The notes: generated from the sequence alone by a model not told the origin. Shown: positions 40,497 to 51,160, counted from the first letter of the stretch. The stretch is DNA of 64,000 nt from Parcubacteria group bacterium LiPW_30 (GCA_007375595.1 VMEP01000001.1:10061-74060); one strand, 5' to 3'. Translations and numbers: made by a program.

Positions 40497-40742
40497 CTAC
40501 TCGGCCAACGACGACTCGGCTGTTTGTGGCGCCTTGTCATGGCCGTGCTTGTGGCGCCATGCATCTTGGTCGGTTGCATAAAGCTGCCCATCCTCGATTG
40601 CTTCGTGAAATGCCCGTGCGGCCATTTCTCCAGCTTCGTCGTTCGTAAACGCTACCGTCACGACCCATGGGCAGGAACCGTTTCTTTTCTGCTCCACCGT
40701 CGCTTTGGTGAAATTGCGAAGACCAACAACTGATGTCACCAT
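40497..40742 (-). CDS. Small hypothetical protein
   Basis: GGAGG SD before the ATG, GC-richer than its neighbours, own terminator. Confidence 0.55.
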   Translation of the reverse strand: MVTSVVGLRNFTKATVEQKRNGSCPWVVTVAFTNDEAGEMAARAFHEAIEDGQLYATDQDAWRHKHGHDKAPQTAESSLAE

Positions 40743-40785
40743 GATGAACTTCCTCCTTGTGAACTTGCTGCTTGATAAACTAACA

Positions 40786-41667
40786 CTAATTGCCGATTAT
40801 GTCAATAAAATTTCTGGTATATTTTTCAGCCACTAACCATATTTTTTCCCGTAAAACTGTGTCTTCGGTTGAAGCGTGTGCATTATTTATTTCTTTATTT
40901 ACAAAATATTTCCCCGTAACATCTACCAATAGTGGTGAACTCGCAAGATAAACACTGGTTTCAGCTCCCTCCTTTGAAGAAATTAGTGTCCTTTTAAAAA
41001 AGAAAGATGCTATTGGATTCATTTTGCGAACATTTTTCATAGTCATTTCTGTATCAACTACTCCTGGATGAAGCGCATTTACCGTAACCCCACTTCCCCT
41101 CAAATCTTTGGCTAATTTTTTAGTAAATAAAATTAAAGCTAGTTTTGACTGAGAATAAGCTTTGTACTTATCAAAACTTTTTGCGCTTTCTAAGTCTTCA
41201 AAATCTATCTCCCCCTCCGTATGCATCGAGGACGAGACATTTATTACCCGCGATGGTGAACTTTGTTTTAATAAAGGAAGGAGTAATTTGGTCAATAAAA
41301 ATGGTGCTAAAAAATTTACCGCAAAATTTAATTCAATTCCATCTTTAGAAACCTCCCTTTCTTGTGGCAAAACTCCAGCGTTGTTTATTAGAACATCAAG
41401 TCTTTCGTATTTCTTCTTAAATTCTTCTGTAAGCTCCCTAATTGAACGAAACGACGACAGATCGCAAATCAGATAATTAACATTACTATTTTTAGTTTCA
41501 TTAACTATATCCATCTTTGTCTTCTCCCCATTTTTTTCATCACGACTCGTGAAAATAACATTAGCCCCCATCCGCGCTAACGAAAGTGCCGTTTCTTTAC
41601 CAATACCAGAGGTGGCACCAGTAATCAAACAATTTTTACCAACTATATTCCAATCTTTATTATTCAT
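40786..41667 (-). CDS. Short-chain dehydrogenase/reductase (retinol-DH-like)
   Basis: ITGATSGIG, LINNAG, YSQSK and HPGVV. Start taken at MNNKDW. Confidence 0.9.
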   Translation of the reverse strand: MNNKDWNIVGKNCLITGATSGIGKETALSLARMGANVIFTSRDEKNGEKTKMDIVNETKNSNVNYLICDLSSFRSIRELTEEFKKKYERLDVLINNAGVLPQEREVSKDGIELNFAVNFLAPFLLTKLLLPLLKQSSPSRVINVSSSMHTEGEIDFEDLESAKSFDKYKAYSQSKLALILFTKKLAKDLRGSGVTVNALHPGVVDTEMTMKNVRKMNPIASFFFKRTLISSKEGAETSVYLASSPLLVDVTGKYFVNKEINNAHASTEDTVLREKIWLVAEKYTRNFIDIIGN

Positions 41668-41680
41668 TATTTTTATTAAT

Positions 41681-43090
41681 TTACTCCGCTTCCTCAATCT
41701 CAAAATCATCCGCGGAAAGTTCGTCTTTTCCCTCGCCAACCCCCCGAGCATTAAACATAACACCAAAAATCGCCAAAGCCGACAAGACCACAACAGAAAG
41801 GAGCCATTTTATGGGAAATGCTTGGTTTTGTTTTATTGGTGCATTCTCACCCCCACTAGAAGCTAGAGCGACTGATGCTGCTATATCTTTACCGGAAAAA
41901 CCTTTCTCTTCCCCTTCTTTAACTTCCACAAAAGCACTTGTGTTAGATGACTCGCTTACTTCTTCTTTTGTAACCTCAGTAACCGTTAGATCTCCAAAAG
42001 TCGCTGCTGTCGCGCCACTCGGATATAAAAGAGACGGTTTGTCGTTTTGTTTAAATGACAACCTTGTTGTAAGTGAAGAAAAAGTTATTTTACCCTGCGG
42101 TGTAATTATTGTATTTTGGGGAATAAAAAATTGTTCCTTTTGAGATTTCAATATCCAACCAGACAAATCAAGTTCGTTTTTTGAATTATTTGTAATCTCA
42201 ATAAAATAATCGGTAACATCACCAATTTTTGAAACAACGATTTCAGGTTTTACTACTGAAACCTTAAGACGATCTGATCCCGAAAAATAACCGGACGAGA
42301 CTTCAAGCACTGCGATATATTCTCCTGGATAAAGATATGTATGTGTTATTTTTTTACCTTCTTTTAAAATACCATCGCCAAAACTCCACATATATCGAGC
42401 GTTTTCGAGTGGCTCTTTTTTCAAACCAAGAGCTATGCCATCAAAAGTAATTAGCGCACCAGCAACTGCTATTTTATTGTTTCCAGCTTCAACAATCATT
42501 TGTGGTTCAACTGGAAAATTTGAAACAATATTATTTGTTGTAGAAACAGAAGATTGTTCGGTGGTTTCACTGTTTATACTCCCTACTGAAGACAAATCAG
42601 AACCTGGTGTTGGGGTGGCAGGAACCCAACCACCCGATGAATCTTTTTGGAGTGAGTTTCCATCATTTTTTGCCCCTTGGCTTGATGTGTACTCTACGGA
42701 ATTATCACTTGTAACAGCCTCTTCTTTATTATTTTTTATAGCTAGTTTTTCGCCGTCGTTTAAAGAAAAAGATGATTTAAAGAGTAACCCTGAAAAATTC
42801 GTAAAGTAATTTTTAAAAACGGTTGGATCTTTTGAAACTATCGCGTATCCACTAGGTGGAATTTCTGAAGCGCCGATAGCAGTAATGCTGTGATTGGTGT
42901 CGTTTTCAAAGAAAAATAATTTGGTAAGGTCAACAGAAACAGAGCCGGTATTTTGAACTTCAAACCACTCCCCACCAGAGCTTGCATCAGCATCTTTTGG
43001 GTCATACATTATTTCTGAAAAATAAATCTGCGCGCTGGTGAAAAGCGGTATAAAAAATAAAATTGTTAAAAATTTTAAACTACTTCTCAT
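41681..43090 (-). CDS. Surface protein with lamin-tail and PKD domains and a C-terminal TM anchor
   Basis: Signal peptide, FSEIMYDP..GEWFEVQN, YMWSFGDG..HTY..PG.Y and IEITN....DLSGW. Confidence 0.75.
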   Translation of the reverse strand: MRSSLKFLTILFFIPLFTSAQIYFSEIMYDPKDADASSGGEWFEVQNTGSVSVDLTKLFFFENDTNHSITAIGASEIPPSGYAIVSKDPTVFKNYFTNFSGLLFKSSFSLNDGEKLAIKNNKEEAVTSDNSVEYTSSQGAKNDGNSLQKDSSGGWVPATPTPGSDLSSVGSINSETTEQSSVSTTNNIVSNFPVEPQMIVEAGNNKIAVAGALITFDGIALGLKKEPLENARYMWSFGDGILKEGKKITHTYLYPGEYIAVLEVSSGYFSGSDRLKVSVVKPEIVVSKIGDVTDYFIEITNNSKNELDLSGWILKSQKEQFFIPQNTIITPQGKITFSSLTTRLSFKQNDKPSLLYPSGATAATFGDLTVTEVTKEEVSESSNTSAFVEVKEGEEKGFSGKDIAASVALASSGGENAPIKQNQAFPIKWLLSVVVLSALAIFGVMFNARGVGEGKDELSADDFEIEEAE

Positions 43091-44969
43091 CGTGACCAAA
43101 AAGTTTTCGTAAAACTTCCTCTGATATTTCTTTGGGGCGAGGGGTTGTCTCTTCTCTTTTTACAAAAACTTCTTTTTTCTCTGGTAATTTATCTTCTGTT
43201 TTATCGCTTTGTTTATGGCTCTCCGGAACAACAACCTTACCGGCTATCTTTCCTTCCGTCATTGCCTTATCAAGCATATTTTTTAAAGCGGAAACATTAC
43301 GAGAAACATTATCGATATCTTTTTTCTTAAGCTCGCTAAGAGAAACCCGCTCTGTTCCATTTTTTGCTTCACGATTATCTACATCATTAAATTTATGCAA
43401 ACGCTCAACGTGGTTATCTTGTTTTTTGTTTTCTGTTTCAATTGGGGTTAATTTAATATCCGCAAAAGCTTTTGCAAAAGCCTTATTTTCTTCTTGTTTT
43501 TTATTAACGACAACACTAGCAACTTCTTTTGCTTTGCTAATATTTTCTTGTGGCTTATTTACACCTACACGAGATAGAAGTGATGGTTTTTCGATATTTT
43601 TATTATCACTACTGTGCCCACTTGAAGTTAAGGGTGCAATTGACAGTGATTTTGGCTTCTTATCTTTCGGTGTAGATGGAACAGGTTCGTACCATTTGGC
43701 GGTTGCACTTTCAACTAAAGCTCGTGGCGATGCATATGTTTTCCTTGTTTCTTCAACAACTTGTTTGGCGAAGGAAACACTCGGTTCTGCAATTGGTGGT
43801 AAAGTTATCGCAGAAAAAGGCTTAGAGCCAATGCCATTAATCATGAGCCTTAGGTATATTTCAGCAAAACCTAAATTAACAATATCTTCAGCGGTAAATT
43901 CTGGAGCAAATTCCTTCTCAAAAACTTCGGCATCGGTTGAACCGACCCTAAAAACAATCATTGTACCAACGTTACCAAACACGGCAGCCTGCACTTCTTC
44001 TGGCATCTGTTCTATATATTGATGGGCAATCGTTAGATTTAATTTATATTTACGGGCCTCTGAAAGAATCTCTGCAAAAGATTCGTTAGCAAACGACTGA
44101 AATTCATCAACGTAAAAATAGAAGTTTGGGAGTCGCGCAAGGTCGTGAGCCGAAACATCAGCGCGCGACATAGCAGCAAGATAAATTTTAGTAACAAGCA
44201 TATTTCCCAAGAGCGCAGAGTTTTCAATACCCATTCTTCCTTTTGAGAGATTCAGTATCAAAATCTTTTTTTCATCCATCATCTTTCTGATATCAAAAGA
44301 TGATTTTGGTTGCCCAATAATATTTCTAATTAAAGGGTTAGAAACAAACTGACCAATTTTATTTTGGATAGCAGCGCCGGCTTCCTGCATATATCTATCG
44401 CCGTATTTAGCAAACTCATCAACCCAAAAAGCCCGCACCGAAGCATCTTTAACATTAGCAACAACAAGGTCGCGATAATCTTTATCCGAAAGCATTCTGT
44501 TAACCCCAAGAAGTGTTGAATCTGGATATTCCAAAAGTGCCAAAAGAATATTGTTCAAAATATATTCCATTCTGGCGGACCAAGCGTCTACCCAAATCTT
44601 TTTAAAAGCGTTCATCAAACCGTTGGCAACTAAGTATCGTTTACTAGGATCAACGTCTTCCATCACATTAAATGAAATCGGATAATCAGTATCAAATGGC
44701 GCAAAATAAACAACATCTTTAATCCGATGCTCTGGAATATAATTTAAAAGTTTTTCTGCGGTACCGCCGTGTGGGTCAATAAAAGCAAGACCTTCTCCGT
44801 TTTCAATATCCTGCACAGCCATGTTCTCAAGAAGGGTCGATTTACCCATACCTGTCTTTCCAATTACGTAAACGTGGCGGGTACGATCTATTGCTTGAAT
44901 ACCAAATTTAAGCCGACGATTGCGGGCGTTGGTTTCAGCAAGATAATTTATTTTTTTGTTATCATCCAC
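43080..44969 (-). CDS. VirD4/TraD-like (HerA/FtsK superfamily) ATPase
   Basis: HVYVIGKTGMGKST Walker A, YVDEFQ Walker B, EARKY..AHQY and a low-complexity tail. Confidence 0.85.
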   Translation of the reverse strand: MDDNKKINYLAETNARNRRLKFGIQAIDRTRHVYVIGKTGMGKSTLLENMAVQDIENGEGLAFIDPHGGTAEKLLNYIPEHRIKDVVYFAPFDTDYPISFNVMEDVDPSKRYLVANGLMNAFKKIWVDAWSARMEYILNNILLALLEYPDSTLLGVNRMLSDKDYRDLVVANVKDASVRAFWVDEFAKYGDRYMQEAGAAIQNKIGQFVSNPLIRNIIGQPKSSFDIRKMMDEKKILILNLSKGRMGIENSALLGNMLVTKIYLAAMSRADVSAHDLARLPNFYFYVDEFQSFANESFAEILSEARKYKLNLTIAHQYIEQMPEEVQAAVFGNVGTMIVFRVGSTDAEVFEKEFAPEFTAEDIVNLGFAEIYLRLMINGIGSKPFSAITLPPIAEPSVSFAKQVVEETRKTYASPRALVESATAKWYEPVPSTPKDKKPKSLSIAPLTSSGHSSDNKNIEKPSLLSRVGVNKPQENISKAKEVASVVVNKKQEENKAFAKAFADIKLTPIETENKKQDNHVERLHKFNDVDNREAKNGTERVSLSELKKKDIDNVSRNVSALKNMLDKAMTEGKIAGKVVVPESHKQSDKTEDKLPEKKEVFVKREETTPRPKEISEEVLRKLFGHDEK

Positions 44970-45061
44970 GGCTTTCTTTAAAGTATACTAAAATATGCGC
45001 CAAACAAAAAACCCTGAGCCACTATCATAGTGACCCAGGGTCGTTAGGACGACGCTATTTG

Positions 45062-45235
45062 CTATTCGTCCCCCATCTTTTTTTCAGGGGTGCCATCTTG
45101 AACCATCTTCTTGTTGGCACCCCCGCCATTTTTTTGCGCCATAAGATCAGCGCCCTGTTTCATTCGGCAAAGCGAACGCTCCTCCCATGGAGTATTGCTA
45201 TCGCATTCACCAGCACAATCTTTTTTACACTTCAA
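45062..45235 (-). CDS. 57-aa Cys-containing hypothetical protein (missed by the ORF track)
   Basis: AGGAG SD, TTG start, MKCKKDCAGECDSNTPWEERSLC...; hairpin 45011-45041 follows. Confidence 0.5.
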   Translation of the reverse strand: MKCKKDCAGECDSNTPWEERSLCRMKQGADLMAQKNGGGANKKMVQDGTPEKKMGDE

Positions 45236-45343
45236 GGCTATTTCTCCTATCTTTTAGGTTATGGAAACAAAAACGTCGCGTAAAAATATCGCGACTCGTG
45301 TATATTAACACATCTTATTAAAAAAGCAAGTATCCAAATACCC

Positions 45344-46591
45344 CTACTTCTCTAGGGCTCCTAAGGTGTATTTATTAGCTGGATCCCATAAAATCCACGA
45401 GGTAAGACCGGCGTCATAAGTTGCCCTAATTTGTGCGCGAACCTCCGTTGCGCCATATGTTCCTCCATACTGGAAATCTTGTAGCCATGGCCTTAATTTC
45501 AAGCGATTTTCTGGTTTTTTAGTGTATTTAGGAGGGGTTGATGTACCAATGCGACTTTCCCCCATTAAATATATTGGTGTAGTTGTTGCCTCCGCGCGCG
45601 AAACGGCGTGAGACATTGAAAAATTAACGACGCCATAAACCTGTAAATTGGGATTTTTCCAACCATTAAAATATGGTGGATAATGTGATGGGTAAACCAT
45701 TGGCATTACATAATCAAAATATGGAAGAGTTCTCTCAAGAACCTGTCCGATATTTAAATCATCGGTGTTTGTTGTCGTCATCCCAAAAAGATCAGCGGAA
45801 AGCTTGGCTCCTGTCGGTGAAAGTTTTTCATGTAAATATGCAAAAAATTCCTCTAGCGCTACAGCTTTATTTTTTCCTCTACTCCAAGTGAAATCAATAT
45901 CCTTCATGTCCCCGTCTGAAGGAAACCTGATGTAATCAAAATTTAATTCATCAAACCCGAGTTTATATGACTCCTCACCGAGCGCAACGATATAATCCCA
46001 GTATGGCTTAGCTCCGACGTCTATAAACGAAAGTCCTTTTCTGTCTTTCCAAACAGCACCATCACTCAAACGCTTAACAGCAAGCTCTGGGTGAATCTTG
46101 GAATAATATGGATCTTGAAAAACTGTTATGCGGGCAATCGTGTAAATATTTTTTTCGTGAAGAACCTCAACAAACTCCCGAAGGTCTGATATTTTACAAC
46201 CAGTACCGCCATTATCTTTAAAAAGAGGATTGTCTGATTTGAACGAAATTGTTCCGCTATAATCTTTAACATCAATAATAATAGAATTTATCTCGGTATC
46301 ATCTGCAATTTTCGCTAACCTATTACGAAAAGACGGCATACTCCCCGCGCAAGCTGTCATATAAATTCCTTTTAATGGTTCCGGAGTTTTAAGATGAGTA
46401 GAGACTGGCTCTGTTTTTTTAGATGACCCAATTTCTGCTGAAGCAAGAGCTTTTTCCTCTACTTTTGTATTTTGAGAAGCATCTGAATAAACGTTTTGCG
46501 TTATCTGAGAAACTCCAAAGTAAGAAACTGCGAAAAATCCTGCCAACAAACTTCCAACTAAAAACGGTTTCTTGGTTTTATTTTTTAACAT
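45344..46591 (-). CDS. Putative glycoside hydrolase (DUF4015-like)
   Basis: KGIYMT, IDVKDYSG, IARITVFQD, GFDELNFDYIRFPSDG, PMVYPSHY and RPWLQDF. Confidence 0.8.
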   Translation of the reverse strand: MLKNKTKKPFLVGSLLAGFFAVSYFGVSQITQNVYSDASQNTKVEEKALASAEIGSSKKTEPVSTHLKTPEPLKGIYMTACAGSMPSFRNRLAKIADDTEINSIIIDVKDYSGTISFKSDNPLFKDNGGTGCKISDLREFVEVLHEKNIYTIARITVFQDPYYSKIHPELAVKRLSDGAVWKDRKGLSFIDVGAKPYWDYIVALGEESYKLGFDELNFDYIRFPSDGDMKDIDFTWSRGKNKAVALEEFFAYLHEKLSPTGAKLSADLFGMTTTNTDDLNIGQVLERTLPYFDYVMPMVYPSHYPPYFNGWKNPNLQVYGVVNFSMSHAVSRAEATTTPIYLMGESRIGTSTPPKYTKKPENRLKLRPWLQDFQYGGTYGATEVRAQIRATYDAGLTSWILWDPANKYTLGALEK

Positions 46592-46594
46592 TAT

Positions 46595-46885
46595 TTATAT
46601 AGAACTTATAACTTCTGGTGTTTTCTCAGTAGAGTTGGCTGGTACTTCTTCTGGCAGAGAAGGGTTATTTGCAGAAAAAAGAGGGGCTGTGTTTTCCGTA
46701 AAAGAGTCTTCTTTCTTTTCTACCGGACCACCAACATCTTTGTTTTTATATGCAACAAAAGCTAATCCTGTAATTGCTACACCAAAAACGAAGGTGAAAA
46801 ATGAGCGCCAAGTAGAGGGAAAACCAGATAGTGGCAAAAGGGTTGTTAAGACACCGAGCAGTATGATTATTCTCTTTTTTGACAT
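46595..46885 (-). CDS. Small two-TM membrane protein
   Basis: Two hydrophobic segments around SGFPSTW; in operon context. Confidence 0.6.
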   Translation of the reverse strand: MSKKRIIILLGVLTTLLPLSGFPSTWRSFFTFVFGVAITGLAFVAYKNKDVGGPVEKKEDSFTENTAPLFSANNPSLPEEVPANSTEKTPEVISSI

Positions 46886-46936
46886 ACGGCTATTATAGCG
46901 TAATGTTTTCTCTCGACAAAATTAAAAATCTTTAAG

Positions 46937-47614
46937 CTAGCTAACAATCACCACAAACTCTCCACGAATCTTCTCGTTATTTTCCTCAAAAAAGACTAGT
47001 AATTCTGAAGCTGTTCCAAAAAGCATTTCCTCGTGAATTTTTGTAAGCTCTCTGCCTATTGCAATTTTCTTTTCTGGACAAAACTTATTTAAACTTTGAA
47101 GCGCTTTCAAGATTCGATGTGGTGACTCATAAAAAACTACTGGTCTTTTTGTCTCAACAATTTCTTTGAAGATTGTTTCTCTTCCTTTTTTATGTGGTAA
47201 AAATCCCAAAAATAAAAACTCAGATGAAGGAACCCCTGAAATTGATAAAGCAGAAGTTAAAGCTGATGCCCCTGGAATAGCGACGATAGAAAGATCTTCT
47301 CTAGAAAAATTTTCACGAAGTTTTTGTACTAAATGTGAACCTGGGTCAGAGATAGACGGAGTCCCCGCATCTGAAACAAGGACTAATGATTTCCCTTCCT
47401 CGATTAAAGTGAAGATTTTTTTTAATGTCGTGTCGGTTGAATGCGCATCATAGCGGATGAGTGATTTTTTTATTTCATATTTAGAAAGTAGCTTTGCCGT
47501 TACTCTCGTGTCTTCGCAAAGAATCACGTCGACTTCATTAAGAACACGAATAGCCCGAAGGGTTATATCTTCAAGGTTTCCAATTGGTGTCGCAACAACA
47601 TAAAGTGTGGTCAT
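46937..47614 (-). CDS. rsmI: 16S rRNA C1402 2'-O-methyltransferase
   Basis: LYVVATPIGNLEDITLRA, CEDTR, VSDAGTPSISDPG, YESPHR and RELTKIHEE. Confidence 0.96.
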   Translation of the reverse strand: MTTLYVVATPIGNLEDITLRAIRVLNEVDVILCEDTRVTAKLLSKYEIKKSLIRYDAHSTDTTLKKIFTLIEEGKSLVLVSDAGTPSISDPGSHLVQKLRENFSREDLSIVAIPGASALTSALSISGVPSSEFLFLGFLPHKKGRETIFKEIVETKRPVVFYESPHRILKALQSLNKFCPEKKIAIGRELTKIHEEMLFGTASELLVFFEENNEKIRGEFVVIVS

Positions 47615-47646
47615 ATTTGAATCCTAAACGAAATATATAAAAAAGT

Positions 47647-47672
47647 GAACCGGATGCGAATACATCCGGTTC
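47647..47672 (-). terminator. Intrinsic terminator
   Basis: GAACCGGATG-CGAATA-CATCCGGTTC, with a T-tract on the minus strand. Confidence 0.65.
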
Positions 47673-47684
47673 GTAGCGCCCGTG

Positions 47685-48236
47685 TCAGTAATAGGCATAC
47701 ACCCTTGGGGTATCTTCTTCTCCTTCAAACAAAAGGTGTTCTCGTGGAGTACCAAGATAAAGAACGACCCAGCCACCCTCGAAAAAAAACCAGACATTGC
47801 CGACAGCACGATTGTCTCCGCTGTCTCCCTTGATGAGATGTGGTTCGCCGAAGTGCGAGAGAATAAAGCTACGCGAACCGGAATACGCGAAGTATCCCCC
47901 CCACTCAGTTCCCTCCGCAACCCAGTTCATGCTGAGGACAAGTTTATCCCCGTTGGTAAACTGGCGATACGTGGCGTAAAGAGGGCCTCGATAAACAAAC
48001 CCATCCATGTGTATTTCCGCGTCGACCATATGGGCTCTCCGCAAAAGATCCGTCGTCCATCGGGGTGTCTCAACCGACCCCCAATTAACAAGGATCTTTC
48101 CAATGGACCTCATTCCTCGGCCAACGAAAACGGCGCTTTTATGTATCGTATTCATCAGTATCGCAAGTACGATAATCTGACAAAACGAAAAATTTTTACG
48201 CATGCGCTCACAAAACAAGCATGTTATTGCTTTCAT
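47685..48236 (-). CDS. Hypothetical protein (GC-richer orphan)
   Basis: 183-aa ORF with a G-rich RBS and its own terminator. Start uncertain. Confidence 0.5.
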   Translation of the reverse strand: MKAITCLFCERMRKNFSFCQIIVLAILMNTIHKSAVFVGRGMRSIGKILVNWGSVETPRWTTDLLRRAHMVDAEIHMDGFVYRGPLYATYRQFTNGDKLVLSMNWVAEGTEWGGYFAYSGSRSFILSHFGEPHLIKGDSGDNRAVGNVWFFFEGGWVVLYLGTPREHLLFEGEEDTPRVYAYY

Positions 48237-48314
48237 TTTTCACCCCCACACGAAATAGCCACAAACCTCGGCAATGTTAAAAATCAAGAGTTCCTAAAGG
48301 ACCATTATAGCAGA

Positions 48315-49640
48315 CTATTTAAGTAAATTCTCCCCCACTTTATAAACATCTCCCGCCCCCATAGTTATCAAAATATCACTTTCTTTTAGATTGTTTTTTA
48401 GATAATTTTCAACATCAGAAAAATTTAAAAATGACTTAGCTTTATCGCCGATTTTTTCTACGAGCATCTCGCTCTTAATACTTCCATCAAACGGCTCCCG
48501 GGCTGCATAAATCGGTAAAAGTAAAACTTCATCAGCATCATCAAAAGATTTCACAAAATCACCTAAAAGAAGTTTTGTTCGCGAATAAAGATGTGGTTGA
48601 AAAACTACCGTAATTTTTTTGTCGGGAAATTTTTCACGAGCCCCTACGAGTGTCGCCTTAACTTCAGTTGGGTGGTGACCGTAATCGTCGTACACAAAAA
48701 CTCCGCTGTTTGTTTTTCCTTTATTTTCAAATCTGCGCCACGTTCCCTTAAATTCTTTTAGCGCTTTTTTTGATTCAGAAACATCAATTCCACAAACACT
48801 TCCGACGGCAATAGCAACTGCAGCATTTTTTCTGTTGTGTTCCCCTGAAACAGAAATTTCCATGTTCTCCTCATAAAAATCCATGTAATCAATAATCGTA
48901 CAATTGAGTCCTTCTATTACGCTCTTTAATCTTTCGTCGCTACGATCACAAATCAATACTCCTTCTTTAGGGATTAATTCTGCGAAAGACTTGAAGGCAC
49001 TTTGTATGTCTTCTAGGTCTTTGTAGTAATCAAGATGATCATTATCAATGTTTGTTATAACCCCTATAGTTGGGTGAATATTTAAAAACGAACGACGATA
49101 TTCACACGCCTCCACTATAAAATATTCCCCTTCTCCTGCAACAAAATTACTTCTCAAATTGTCAGATCCTTCTAACAACTTGCTCCCAACTACAACTGTC
49201 GGTTCTTTTCCACTATCGATAAAAATTCTCGCAATCATTGCGGTGGTTGTGGTTTTGCCATGAGTACCAGAAACAGCAATTGTTTTTTTATTTTTAGAAA
49301 TTAAGCCTAAGATTTCTGGGTATGATAGACACTTAATTCCCTGTTCTTTTGCCGAAACAAATTCTGGGTTATCCTCCAAAACAGCTACAGTGTAAACAAC
49401 CAAATCAATATTCTCTTTTATATTCTCCTTGTTGTGTCCCGAGAAAATAGTCGCCCCCAAAAGACTGAGCTCATTTGTAATTTCAGAATCTTTTGTGTCC
49501 GAACCGGAAACATTTTTCCCCTCCAAAAGCATCATTCTTGCAATAGCAGAAACACCTATTCCGCCAATCCCGAGAAAATGTATGTTTTGGTATTTTTTTA
49601 AATCTATATTATTTTCCAGAACTAATTTAGTGTTATTCAT
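48315..49640 (-). CDS. murC: UDP-N-acetylmuramate-L-alanine ligase
   Basis: GIGGIGVSAIA, GTHGKTTTT, EACEY, DHLDYY, DDYGHHPTE and FQPHLYSRT. Confidence 0.95.
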   Translation of the reverse strand: MNNTKLVLENNIDLKKYQNIHFLGIGGIGVSAIARMMLLEGKNVSGSDTKDSEITNELSLLGATIFSGHNKENIKENIDLVVYTVAVLEDNPEFVSAKEQGIKCLSYPEILGLISKNKKTIAVSGTHGKTTTTAMIARIFIDSGKEPTVVVGSKLLEGSDNLRSNFVAGEGEYFIVEACEYRRSFLNIHPTIGVITNIDNDHLDYYKDLEDIQSAFKSFAELIPKEGVLICDRSDERLKSVIEGLNCTIIDYMDFYEENMEISVSGEHNRKNAAVAIAVGSVCGIDVSESKKALKEFKGTWRRFENKGKTNSGVFVYDDYGHHPTEVKATLVGAREKFPDKKITVVFQPHLYSRTKLLLGDFVKSFDDADEVLLLPIYAAREPFDGSIKSEMLVEKIGDKAKSFLNFSDVENYLKNNLKESDILITMGAGDVYKVGENLLK

Positions 49641-49648
49641 ATACGGGA

Positions 49649-50404
49649 TTATTTTAACACGTCGATTATATAACCATCGGAACCAAAAATCTCACTTACT
49701 TTTTGTCGGAAAAATTGCGAATCTTTTGAAATAACAAACCTCACCTTAGATTCTCCGTTTCCCTCAAAACGTTTAGACACTTCTTCCGCAACAACTACAG
49801 CTGGATTAAATATTTCAATACCGCCACCAACAACATCACTAAAAATATCCCAAATAAGCGGATAGTGTGTGCAAGCAAGAACAATTACATCAAACTCCCC
49901 TTTGTGTTTTTCTAAAACATTACTAATCATTCCTTTCATCCCAGCCTCTGTTGTTCCCTCTTCTATCGCACCGGCAAGGTATGGTATCGGCACCGCAATA
50001 ACATCCATCCCAAGCGCAAGAAAACCATTTTGATAAATCCCAGAACGAAGCGTTGCGGTTGTTCCAACAATTAAAACTTTTTTGTCTCTCTTTTCCCTAA
50101 AAGCGCGCACTGTCGGCCCAACCATTTCAATAATATCAATCGGCTTAATATCTAAAATATCAAACATTGGCATAACAATATTAGAAGAAACACTATTACA
50201 TGCGCTAACAATTTGTGTTGCCCCTTCATTGAGCAATCTCTCCATTCCCAAAACAGTAAGCGCGCCGAGCTCTTCTGGAGTTTTTTCTCCATATGGAGCG
50301 TTCCTTAAATCACCAAAATAAACAAAATCGGCCTTTGGTAAGCGGGCAATAATTTCCTTAAAGACGGTAAGACCGCCAGACCCAGAATCAAAAATACCAA
50401 TCAT
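49649..50404 (-). CDS. murI: Glutamate racemase
   Basis: IGIFDSGSGGLTV, APYGEK, ACNS and LACTHYP. Confidence 0.92.
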   Translation of the reverse strand: MIGIFDSGSGGLTVFKEIIARLPKADFVYFGDLRNAPYGEKTPEELGALTVLGMERLLNEGATQIVSACNSVSSNIVMPMFDILDIKPIDIIEMVGPTVRAFREKRDKKVLIVGTTATLRSGIYQNGFLALGMDVIAVPIPYLAGAIEEGTTEAGMKGMISNVLEKHKGEFDVIVLACTHYPLIWDIFSDVVGGGIEIFNPAVVVAEEVSKRFEGNGESKVRFVISKDSQFFRQKVSEIFGSDGYIIDVLK

Positions 50405-50412
50405 TTATTTAT

Positions 50413-51048
50413 TTATTTTACCTGAGAATCGGCGTGAACAAGTTTGTTATACACAAAAGCATAGGCGATTAAACTCACAGGGACAGTTACAAATAAACCA
50501 ACACCCAAAGCAAGCGCCCCTAAAATATTAAGTCCGATAATTGCGAGAAAAATCTTAACCAAACCAAGACTTTGTCCTTTTGTCATATTCCAGCTTTTTG
50601 AAAAAGCTTCGAGTGGATTCATTTCTTTTTCAACAATCAAGAATCTGTAAAATTGGAGTCTTATCATAAGGATAATCCCGGGAACAACAAGTAAAATCAA
50701 ACCAACAACAATCGCCGCAAAATAAAGTAACGTACCAATAATATAATTCAAAAAGAGATATGATTTATCAAAAAAATTATTGAACTTAATTGCCCTGTCA
50801 TTAATAAGCATCAAACTCATGTGAATGATTCCAATATTTACCAGTGCGTTAAAAACCCAACCAAAGAAAGAAAAAATAAAACGCCCAAAATAATAACCGC
50901 TATTCTTGTAAGAAAAAGAGAGGGCTTCAAATATTGATGACACCACAAAAGAAAAAATCATTACAGAAAAAATTAACCAAAAATGTTTTTTTGTTTTCTC
51001 CCATCCAAATCTAAATGCTTTTTCTATATCAATATGAAATGTTGTCAT
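50413..51048 (-). CDS. Integral membrane protein (DUF975-like)
   Basis: GLILLVVPGII..., A..KSWNMTKG, and multiple TM segments. Confidence 0.65.
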   Translation of the reverse strand: MTTFHIDIEKAFRFGWEKTKKHFWLIFSVMIFSFVVSSIFEALSFSYKNSGYYFGRFIFSFFGWVFNALVNIGIIHMSLMLINDRAIKFNNFFDKSYLFLNYIIGTLLYFAAIVVGLILLVVPGIILMIRLQFYRFLIVEKEMNPLEAFSKSWNMTKGQSLGLVKIFLAIIGLNILGALALGVGLFVTVPVSLIAYAFVYNKLVHADSQVK

Positions 51049-51088
51049 GTGCTTAATTATACGCAAAAACGGCCAACAAAAAACTATG

Positions 51089-51160
51089 TGCGAGTGGAAG
51101 GAATCGGACCTTCGACCTCTGTCTTATCAGGACAGCGTTCTACCACTGAACTACACTCGC
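51089..51160 (-). tRNA. tRNA-Ile(GAU)
   Basis: GCGAGTG/CACTCGC acceptor stem, TAGTTCAGTGGTAGAAC D-arm and CTGTC-CT-GAT-AA-GACAG anticodon arm. CCA not encoded. Confidence 0.92.

Noticed and set aside
43080-44969. Conjugative element implied by the VirD4-like ATPase
   Set aside because: No relaxase, VirB genes or oriT are visible. It sits among chromosomal genes.
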